Both the position numbers and the translations under genes were made by a program. 18,510 bases of DNA from positions 1-18,510 of the forward strand of contig NW_021824483.1 of the NCBI RefSeq assembly GCF_006345805.1. The letters run 5' to 3'. A model generated the notes under the pieces. The model had not been told where the DNA came from. It saw only the letters and a program-made list of their open reading frames with translations, and ran no database searches. Shown piece after piece: positions 9,640 to 18,510 of this stretch (position 1 is the first letter of the stretch; every line of letters starts with the position of its first letter). Source of the DNA: Octopus sinensis. Lineage: Eukaryota.

Positions 9640-9974
9640 CTTTCTTTATCTATCTTTCATAGTCTCTATCTAATCTCTTCCTCATTGTCTTCTTCCTTCT
9701 TTTCTTCTTTGTTTCTTTGTTTCTTTGTTTCTTTTTTTCTTTCTCTCTCTCTCCCTCTTCAGTTCCCCCCTGCCTCTGTCTGTTGCTCTCTCTGATTTGT
9801 CTGTCCACTTTTACTCGCAATTTTTTCACTTTAAAAAAAAAGATCGATATTGCAACAATAACAAACAACCTTTCTTTGCTGCGGTCTTTGTCGTCGAGAC
9901 CACCGTTGTCGTGTGTCATTGTCGTTGCAGTTGACGATGATATGAGGATGATATTATTATTATTATTATTATTA

Positions 9975-10009
<35 letters not shown>

Positions 10010-10010
10010 G
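9640..10010. repeat. Polypyrimidine tract (about 9640-9790) and (TTA)n tract (about 9950-10010)
   Basis: Directly visible low-complexity sequence. Confidence 0.85.
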
Positions 10011-11066
10011 GGTTATTTTAGCGCCCACTCAGTCCTGAACGACCAGGTCGTTACTCAAAGACATTCCGGACATAGCAACCCTGTCTCTTTATTATATTCC
10101 TATTCTTCTCCCTGTCATCCAATCTATCCATTTATAAAACAGTTCGGATAGGGTTTGAGAGAAATTTCGGCTGACATTATATCCTCTTCAACAGATCGCG
10201 TAGACGTTTCTCTTTGTTTTTTATGGCCTTTTTAGAAATAATAAATTATTTTTTTAATTATTGTTTGTCCTTGCTCACCACTATACTTGACATTTTTCTT
10301 GTTTTGTTACTATTTATGCAATTTTTATCATCGTCCTTATTGTTTTTGCCATTGTTTTGCTATTACAATTACAAAAAGCTGTTTATAAATTCTCTTTCTT
10401 GAGCTGTACTCTTCGTTTGGCTTCTTTGTCTGTCTACTCCAGTGTATTTATATTTCTAATTCTTGTGGGGTTTTAAATTTTTGCTGATTATATTGTTCTT
10501 TTTGATTTATTTAATTCATTTTGTTTTTTGTTTTTTTTTGTTTTTTTTGGTTTGATGTTATTCTTCTCCCGGCTATTCTAGTATTTGATTGTTGTTCTTG
10601 GAATTCTTGTTATTGTTCTTATATCAAGTTTTCATTGAAAACTGAAAATTACATGAACAAGAGAGTGAAAGAGACAAATATGGAGGCGGATAAGAGCGAC
10701 AGACGAAAACGGCAAGAAGAGAGCGATAGACAGATATGAGAGCGGACGAGAGCGACAGCAAAATTAAAAGAGATAGTGGGAGTGGGGAGAAAAAGAAGAT
10801 AACATCAACACAAACATTATCCGAAAAATTTTAATAACAAAAACGAACATATATATTATTTAAAGCAGTTTGATTCGGTTCCACGCACCTTAAAGTTTCG
10901 TTACCCTCTGACAGATGCACGTTTCTCACAGACTTTAGATTACTGAATGGGTAATCTAAAGCCTGGAAGAGATGGGCTTCTGTAAGAGGCTGTTGGAACC
11001 GAAAAAAAGTGTTTATATATATACACATACATATATATATACATACATATATATACTACAGACATA

Positions 11067-11715
11067 CAGGGCTTGGACAAAATTACGGAAACACCTTTGA
11101 ATTTCAAACAAGTTTATTTTAAAATGTGGTAGGACCGCCTTTGTCAGTAATTACAGCTTGAAGTATACGAAGTATGGACTAGTACAAAGTTTGAATTGTT
11201 CATTCTTCATCTAAAACAGTCTCCAGTTCTTGTAGTGATGATGGTTGGGGATATGACTCTGTAGTAATTGTGGGAGCTGTACATTTGTGATTTTTTCTGT
11301 TAATTCGCGCAAGAGTACCACAGTCCCTATCTGAAAGTTTTGGTTTTCTTTCGGAGTTTTGTTTCAACGAGGATGTTTTCCCCTCTTTCTCAAAGGCTGT
11401 TATTACTACTTGGTACACCAGATACATACAGTACTTCTTGATACACCAAACATTTCGGCTATTTCCGTTACGCTAGCGCCTGCCATGCGAACACCGACAA
11501 TTTGACCTCTTCGAAAGTCCGACAGATCTGTCATTTTACTGAATTTTAATTACCTTTTTTCAGATGATATCTGAAAAGAAACAGGAATTTTAGCAAAACA
11601 TATTAAGCAACACTAATTATAGATTTAAAAAAATATTAAAATTAAACTTTTGACGGATTTATAGATATTTCAAAATTATGATGCTAGGTGTTTCCATTAT
11701 TTTGTCCAACCCATG
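11067..11715 (-). mobile_element. Internally deleted Tc1-like DNA transposon, 649 bp
   Basis: 30-bp TIRs (11067-11096 and 11686-11715, 26 of 30 identical), TA TSD at 11065-11066 and 11716-11717, transposase remnants inside, AATAAA at 11113-11118 (-). Confidence 0.95.
11119..11534 (-). pseudogene. Tc1 transposase remnant (N-terminal HTH region fused to C-terminus, DDE domain deleted)
   Basis: MTDLSDFRRGQIVGVRMAGASVTEIAEMFGVSRSTV, frameshift, then TAFEKEGKTSSLKQNSERKPKLSDRD...TAPTIT joined to YPQPSSLQELETVLDEE*TIQTLY*SILRILQAVITDKGGPTTF*. The paired-like HTH start and KGGPT-type end are typical of Tc1. Confidence 0.9.
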
Positions 11716-12149
11716 TACATACATTCATAGATACATGTATATACATAGGCACTCAACGTATTTACCGACAACCAATGTATCTTTCCATACGACCATAATT
11801 ATTCATATTGTTATGAAACCTAATAAATAGGGCTACAATTTGCTACCCTCAACACTAGCATGATTCGTTTCGGTTCTAATATAAAATCTTTAAAATCTGC
11901 TGAACGAAAGCTCGAACAATTTTTAAAGCTCGTTATTGACAAAACAATTTCTTTAAACACTGTTAAATTTTGATCCATCATGCAATTTTCCAAATCAATG
12001 ATTTCATTCTTCTCCATTTAAGATTTTCATTTTTTGCGCCATTTCTCATCTTCTCTCTCGAAACTCACGCCGTTGCTGCTACATTCTGATCATTTGACTG
12101 CAAATCGTTCAATTTAATTATTATGCCAGTCTTGTAAAACAGTTTCCAC

Positions 12150-12283
12150 GGTGTAGATTTTTGTTATGTGGTAAAAAATTTTGATTCCTAGTCACATGGT
12201 TTCGGGTCCATTCCTGGGGCAGGTGTCTAGATAGTGGATTTGTGGATTCGGTAGACAAAAAAATAAAAAGAAGATGTCGTATA
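12150..12283 (+). mobile_element. Diverged 5' half of family D SINE
   Basis: cacatggtttcgggtccattcc (B-box-like)...gtggattcggtagac...aagaagatgtcgtatat, then (TA)n; resembles 16755-16925 (-). Confidence 0.55.
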
Positions 12284-12322
<39 letters not shown>

Positions 12323-12426
12323 TATATATATACATATATATATATAGTATATATTATATATATATATACATATATATATATATGTATATACACATATATC
12401 TATATACACACCACAGACACAGACAC

Positions 12427-12464
<38 letters not shown>

Positions 12465-12474
12465 CATGTATATT

Positions 12475-12855
12475 GTCGTAGCATTCCGTGTTTACGACTT
12501 CGAGGGTTCCAGTTGATCCGATCAACAGAACAGCCTGCTCATGAAATTGACGTGTAATTGGCTGAGCACTCTACAATCACGTGTACCCTTAACGCAGTTA
12601 TCGGGGAGATTCAGCGTGACACAGAATGTGACAAGACTGGCCCTTTTCAATTACAGGTACAACAGAAACAAGAAGAAAGAGTGAGACAAAGTTGTAGTGA
12701 TAGAGTTCAGCAGGGCTCGCACCACCCTCTGCCGAAGGCTCGTGGAGCTTTAGGTGTTTTCGCTTATTAAACAATGAACACGCCTGGTCTGGGAATCGAA
12801 ACCACGATCCTACGTCCGCGTGTCCGCTGCTCTAACCACTGGGCTATTGCCCCCC
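12475..12855 (-). mobile_element. tRNA-derived SINE, shared head with tail type C (copy 1, full length)
   Basis: Minus strand: A box tagcccagtgg, B box ggtttcgattcc, same body as the type A copies; 3' ~200 bp aligns with 18256-18460. Confidence 0.9.
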
Positions 12856-12962
12856 AAACAAGCACACACACACACACAGACATACACACACACAGACACA
12901 CACACGCACACACACACACGCACACACACACACACATACACATATATATATATATATATATA

Positions 12963-13308
12963 TGGTGAATGAGCATGGTTAGAGAGTCGGGCTCGCAATG
13001 GTGAATTTGTGAGTTCGATTCTGGACCGTGCTTGGTGTTGTGTTCTTGAGCATGATATTCTATTACAACTTGTTCCAGTTCGCTGAACTGTAGATATGAG
13101 TTGCGACGTTACTGGTGCCAAGTTGTATCGCACTTTGCCTTTCACTCGGATAGCATCGGTGTCGTAGCTAGGAGAGAATTTTATGCAGCATGGACGACTG
13201 TTCGTGTTTCACAAACATCCTTGCGAAGATTTATCCCTTGGAGAGTAATTTTCTCAGTGCAATCTCACAGCCTTTCATGACCGAAGGGGTTCTTTATCCT
13301 AACCCTTT
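12963..13308 (+). mobile_element. tRNA-derived SINE with CORE-like segment (family F)
   Basis: Head with gagttcgattc B box (about 13011-13021), then gtgttcttgagcatgatattctatt...ccagttcgctgaactgtag, similar to 15820-15962 (-); long 3' tail ending gaccgaaggggttcttt. Confidence 0.7.
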
Positions 13309-13344
13309 TATAAACACAGCCGCGCCATTTTGGGTAGCTCGATT

Positions 13345-13685
13345 TTCACGGAGTCTCTCCAAGTCTAGATGCTACTTAATCAAATTCAGACCTCACATCT
13401 ATGGTGCTATTGACATATGATCAGAATGCCGCAGAAAAGATGGGAAGATTCAGAAAGAGAATTCTTGAAGCGAAACCAATCCACAAGAGACCTAGGGGCA
13501 GATCAAGAGCATGATCATGGTATATTATCCATAGTCTCACTCGATCATGAATGGTAATCCAACCGGAAAATCAAATGACGAATGCTTCTGATAGGACCTT
13601 CTGGGATTGGAAATGCCGCGGATCCTACACCTGCAATCCTCCCTGGAATGTGGAGCAAAGAAACGGATTAAATAGATGGATAGAT
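13345..13685 (+). mobile_element. 5'-truncated RTE-type LINE, ORF2 C-terminus and 3' end
   Basis: Across stops and a frameshift: LLNQIQTSHLWCY*HMIRMPQKR / RILEAKPIHKRPRGRSRA*SW...IQPENQMTNASDRTFW. Matches the RTE pattern W.GHV.RM...KRPRGRP..RW...DR..W; ends in a GATG/GATA-type tail. Confidence 0.8.
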
Positions 13686-14030
13686 ATATGTGTGAGTGTG
13701 CGTGTATTCGTATGTGTATATGTATATATATGAGTATGTATGTGTGTGTATGCATAGCTGAATGTATGTTTAAATACAATACCACTCACTGAAATATTTC
13801 TTAATCTGAAACGAATGTTTATGCCCTGCAGGTACAAATATGTGTCTGTGAGTGCGTGCGAGTGTGTGCGTGTGTGTGTGTGTACGTGCGTGCATGTGTG
13901 CATAGTACGTTTATGTAATATACACGCGCGTCTCTGTGTTATATAACACGCACACGGACGCGCGCCAGACACACACAGACACACACACACACACACACAC
14001 ACACCTACGCTCACGCACACATATACACAC
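13686..14030. repeat. (TG)n/(CA)n degenerate microsatellites
   Basis: Directly visible. Confidence 0.9.
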
Positions 14031-14339
14031 ACTGGCGCGATGCTTCGCTTTATCACAATCTTCATATTCTACAGAAATTTTCTCTCAAGCTTTTCATCTT
14101 TTGTAAATGAGAATCAAAAAAGATGGTTATTCTACTTCCTGTTTTGTGTTACATTTTTTTTTTAAATCGAGTTTTTTTCTCGTTATTTTTTATTTCGTTT
14201 TGAGTGTTTTGTTTTTTTCTTCTCAGAGATTTGCGTGGAAAATAGAAAAAATAGAAATAGTCTTCTAGTACGGCATTTGGTATCTCTTTTTCAGGGATTT
14301 GAGGTTGTTGCTCTTTCTGTTATTGCTATGTTGGTGTCA

Positions 14340-15135
14340 TTCATTCTGCTGGTAGAGGTGGGTATTGGTGATGATATTGGTGGTGGTGGTGGGAGGGAGG
14401 GTATGATGGTTGTATTGTTGTTGTTGTTGTTGGAGGTGGTTGTGGTGGTGGTGGTCATGGTAATGATGATAGTGTTGGGTTTTAGTGGTGTTGGTAGTGG
14501 CTGTGTTGGTAGTAGTGGCTGTCGTGATTGTTGTGGTTGATGATGGTTGTGTTGGTGGTGGTGGTGGTGGTGTTTGTGCTCTATGGTAGTAGTGTTCGCG
14601 GTAATTGTGGTGGTTGGTAGTGGTTGTGGTGGCGGTTGTAGTTTGTGGTAGTGGTAATGATGGTTGTGCTGGTGATGGTGGTTGTGGTTCTGGTGGTGGT
14701 GGTGGTGGTGGTGGTAGTGGTAGAGGTAGTGGTGGTAGTGGTGATTGTGGTGGTAGTGGTGATTGTGGTGGTGGTAGCGGCGGCGGTGGTGGCTGTGGTG
14801 GTGGTAGTGATAGTGGTGGTGGTGTTGATTGTGGTGGAGGTAACGGTGGTTGTAGTGGTGATGGCGGCGGTGGTGTTTGTAGTGGTGTTGGTGCTGGGGA
14901 TGCTGGTGCTGGTGTTGATGGTAAAGCTGGTGATAATGATGGTAGTGGCGGTGGTTGTGCTGGTTGTAGTAGTGTTCGCGGTGATTGTGGTGGTTGGTAG
15001 TGGCTGTAGTGGTGGTTGTGGTTCTGGTTGTGGCGGCGGCGATGGTGGTAGTAATTGTGGTTGTGGTGGTGGTGGTGGTGATTGTGGTGGTGGTGGTGGT
15101 GGTGGTGATTGTGGTGGCGGTGGTGGTGTCTTTGG
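14340..15135. repeat. Long degenerate (GGT/GGC/GTT/GAT)n triplet tract with internal duplication
   Basis: Directly visible; 14588-14623 repeated at 14968-15003 with 1 mismatch in 36. Confidence 0.9.
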
Positions 15136-15439
15136 CATCGCCGGTGGCGGTGTATATGATTGTGTTTTCCTGACTTCTTATTGTGTTGTAAATATCATCG
15201 TTGTCAGTCCGGTGACGACCACCACCACTACCTCGATGACCACCACAATGATGCCGATGGGGAAGATAAAAAACAGAATAGAACGGATCACGAAGAATCC
15301 CGTTTTGTTGGGCATCGGTAAATATCGCGAATCTCATGTTTCTGCGATTGTTGGTATGGTTTGGTGTAGGGGAAGAAACGGAATTTGGAGTTTCGTGACA
15401 CACGGCTTGCTGGGAATAATGTTTCTGCCTTGTTACTCA

Positions 15440-15712
15440 TGCATATGCATACATACATATACATATACGCACACACATACACACATACACACACACATAT
15501 ATGTATATATGCATGTATGCATATATGTATATATATATGTGTGTGTGTGTATGTTGTGTGTATGTGTGTGTGTGTGCGTGTGTGTATATTCACAAATATA
15601 TATGTACGCACACGCGTGCATATCTATATCTATATGCTTGTATCTACCCATCTATCTATCTATATACAGTTGTATGTATGTATATATATATATATACATA
15701 CATGCACACACA

Positions 15713-15766
<54 letters not shown>

Positions 15767-15780
15767 CATACAACACACAC
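15440..15780. repeat. (CA)/(TA)/(TG)/(TATC) compound microsatellite
   Basis: Directly visible. Confidence 0.95.
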
Positions 15781-15819
15781 AGAGAACGAGAGTGTGTTCA
15801 TATAGCATCCTGATGGTAC

Positions 15820-15962
15820 ATACTCAGTACTGATTGGAATGGAGTGATGAGAAATAAAGTGCCTTGCTCAAAGACCCAATGCAAGACCCAGCACATTTCA
15901 CGGAATTGAACCCACGACCGTAATATTGGGAGACCAACACTTTAATTACCGGGCCGCGTGGA
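15820..15962 (-). mobile_element. 5' part of family F SINE
   Basis: Minus strand: ggcccggtaattaaagtgttggtc...gggttcaattcc (B box)...tttgagcaaggcactttatttc. Confidence 0.7.
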
Positions 15963-16109
15963 TATTGGTGGTGAATGCAGTGATGACTGTGGATTTACAG
16001 TTGTAATAATTACGTGGAATTGAATGGTTACGTTCATAAGATTCGACGTGGTGGAGAGAAATATGTGAACAGTGATATGCTAAATACATTGATGTAGTTA
16101 ACAGTCAGA

Positions 16110-16262
16110 AGTGAGAGAGAGGGAGTGAGAAGGAAAAAGAGAGGGGGAGGAAGAGAGGGGGAGCGAGAGGGAAGGAGAGAGAGAGGGAGGAAGGAGAGAG
16201 ACAGTAGAGAGGGGGCGAAAGGGGAAGGTTCAAAGAAAGGAGAGAGTCAAAGAAAGGAGAGA
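16110..16262. repeat. Polypurine (GA/GGA-rich) tract
   Basis: About 150 nt almost exclusively A and G. Confidence 0.9.
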
Positions 16263-16397
16263 GTACAATAATGATTTCTTTTCTTCTTTAGACACGACGA
16301 TCCACAATGAAACACGAAACTACAAAGAAGGATCTATAAACGGAACTTCCACAGGGTACAAGGGAGGAATGAACAATGGATGGAAAAGCTCATTAAT

Positions 16398-16608
16398 ATT
16401 TATTTCTTTACTACCCACAAGGGGCTAAACACGGAGAGGACAAACAAGGACAGACAAACAGATGAAGTCGTTTATATCGACCCCAGTGCGTAACTGGTAC
16501 TTATTTAATCGACCCCGAAAGGATGAAAGGCAAAGTCGACCTCGGCGGAATTTGAACTCAGAACATAACGGCAGACGCCCGGCGTGCTAACGTTTCTGCC
16601 AGTTCGCA
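16398..16608 (-). mobile_element. tRNA-derived SINE (family E), well preserved, short deletion in head
   Basis: Minus strand: A-box-like tggcagaaacgttag, B box gagttcaaattcc, body ggggtcgattaaataagtaccagttacgcactggggtcgat, tail gccccttgtgggtagtaaagaaata. Confidence 0.9.
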
Positions 16609-16664
16609 GAATAGGGGCTTTATTTGCATATTCAAAACGTCTCTCGTAAACAAATTTAATATAT

Positions 16665-16670
16665 GTTTGA

Positions 16671-16745
<75 letters not shown>

Positions 16746-16752
16746 CGAGCGT
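16665..16752. repeat. (TG)n, probably the internal microsatellite of the adjacent family D SINE
   Basis: Directly visible; abuts 16755-16925. Confidence 0.9.
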
Positions 16753-16754
16753 GT

Positions 16755-16925
16755 ATAAGGCGGACCGTTTTCAGTTTCCGTCTACAAAATCCGCCACTCA
16801 CAAGGCTCTGCTCGATTCGATGCTATACCAGAAAACACTTGTTTACGGTAACAAGCAGTGGGAGTGAACCCGGATCCTTACGGTTAGCGAGCAGAACCTG
16901 CTACCATACAGCCAATCCTGCGCCT
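16755..16925 (-). mobile_element. 5' half of family D SINE
   Basis: Minus strand: ggcgcaggattggctgtatggtag...gggttcactccc (B box)...aacaagtgttttctggtatagc...gccttgtgagtgg...ttttgtagacggaaactgaaa. Confidence 0.8.
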
Positions 16926-17069
16926 ATTTATACAGTTCATCACATCATATTTCACCGTATTTTCCTCTTTCCTTTCTCCTCATCTTCATTTTTGTTACAA
17001 ACCACACACATTGTAAACTGACCTTGCAAAGTCAACCTTATCAACATCCCTATGGCAAATAAAAGAAAT

Positions 17070-17133
17070 TATCATCATCGCCATCATCATAATCATTATT
17101 GCCATCACTGTTGTCATCATCATTATTATTTTA

Positions 17134-17189
<56 letters not shown>

Positions 17190-17304
17190 TTTATTGTTGT
17201 TGTTCTTGTTGTTATTATTATATATTACTATTATTACTATTATTATATTATTATTATTATATTATTATTATTATTATTATTACTATATTATTATTATTAA
17301 TTAC

Positions 17305-17335
<31 letters not shown>

Positions 17336-17455
17336 ATTATTATATTATTACTATATATAATATATTATTATTATTATTATTATTATTATTATCATTATTA
17401 TTATTATTATTATTATTATTGTTGCCGTTGTTGTTGTTGTTATTATTAATTTTGT
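17070..17455. repeat. (CAT)n-(TTA)n-(TTG)n compound tract
   Basis: Directly visible. Confidence 0.95.
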
Positions 17456-17754
17456 AATTCAATGTTCCGTATGAATTGTGTCCATGGCATTCAGCTGCTT
17501 TTCCTTGCCTTTCTTATGGTTTCTGAGAGGGATTTAAGTTTTGATTATTGATTCCTATTGAACGGTGATGTTCGATAAGAAATGTTCTGGCAGTAAGCTA
17601 TATCGTATATTAATATCTTATTGCTTTCAGCTTATTACATTAATTAATGTGATATGCTATATTAATATCTTTCTGGTTTGGGGTTGTATCTTAATTAATT
17701 AATCAGATTATCGAATTTGACTATCTGATATTCGTAATATTAATATTAATAATT

Positions 17755-17804
17755 ATAACAGCAGCAGCTACAACAACAACAACAAAAACAAGAACAACAA
17801 CAAC

Positions 17805-17841
<37 letters not shown>

Positions 17842-17844
17842 GTG

Positions 17845-17898
<54 letters not shown>

Positions 17899-17930
17899 TG
17901 GCGATGATGATGATGAGGATGATGATGATT
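17755..17930. repeat. (CAA)n-(TAA)n-(GAT)n compound tract
   Basis: Directly visible. Confidence 0.95.
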
Positions 17931-18249
17931 TTGTAATTATGATTGCCTGCTTCATTGATTGCCGATACATTCCATGGGTTCCATTCGAATTCATTTAAGC
18001 ATATTCCAAGTAATTGTTTTGATACGTGGTTCGGTGATGACGAAAACTCACAGGGAGACGGCGAAATTAATCGCAACGTTTTTTAGTGAACTAAGCTCCT
18101 TGTCAGTTTCATAATGCTGCCGGTTCATAAAACTTCAAGCCACACCCATCACATGGTGCCTACGCTTTTATGCAATCATATGACCAGAGAATTCAAGAGT
18201 ACGACGTTCAAGGGATATCAACCAAAATTTCCTCAACATAGAGTGTGTG

Positions 18250-18510
18250 GTGGAAGCACTCTGTCGGTTACGACGACGAGGGTTCCGGTTCATCCGAATC
18301 AACGGAACAGCCTGCTCGTAAAATTAACGTGTAAGTGGCTGAGCACTCCACAGACACATGTACCCTTAACGTAGTTCTCGGGGATATTCAGCGTGACACA
18401 GAGAGTGACAAGGCCGGCCCTTTGAAATACAGGTACAACAGAAACAGGAAGTAAGAGTGAGAGAGAGTTGTGATGAAAGAGTACAGCGGGATCACCACCA
18501 TCCCTGCCGG
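18250..18510 (-). mobile_element. tRNA-derived SINE with tail type C (copy 2; head lies beyond the window end)
   Basis: Aligns with 12481-12735 (gagggttcc.gtt.atccga.tcaac.gaacagcctgctc.t.aaatt.acgtgtaa.tggctgagcactc...gtacccttaacg...attcagcgtgacacaga). Confidence 0.9.

Noticed and set aside
11820-12017. 65-aa minus-strand ORF
   Set aside because: Short, AT-rich, no recognisable domain or splice context.
13790-13825. 36-nt minus-strand micro-exon candidate (CTGCAG|GGC...TCA|GTGAGT, GINIRFRLRNIS)
   Set aside because: Weak polypyrimidine tract, sits inside microsatellite, no supporting neighbouring exons.
18026-18070. GTGATGA...CGAAA as hammerhead or C/D box snoRNA
   Set aside because: C3 is G, no stem II pairing, and no downstream CTGA box D with terminal stem.

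Overview
Repeat-dense, AT-rich eukaryotic DNA with no host gene that I can support. The repeat families resemble those I recall from coleoid cephalopods, most likely Octopus (inference, no database search). Almost all six-frame ORFs are by-products of (TA)n, (TG)n, (TATC)n, (TTA)n, (CTA)n and (GGT)n tracts. The window holds about 14 tRNA-derived SINEs or SINE halves from several modular families, an intact hAT/Charlie-type MITE (8504-8721, 8-bp TSD), an internally deleted Tc1 element (11067-11715, TA TSD), and 3' fragments of a CR1/L2-type LINE and an RTE-type LINE. The main unexpected signal is RNA structure. A complete type I hammerhead ribozyme motif (1411-1501, +) lies in a ~430-bp non-coding unit embedded in (TA)n. 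Two more, decayed hammerheads of different sequence occur at 1741-1776 (-) and 8226-8274 (+). Together they suggest several families of short ribozyme-carrying Penelope-like or retrozyme-like elements associated with microsatellites.
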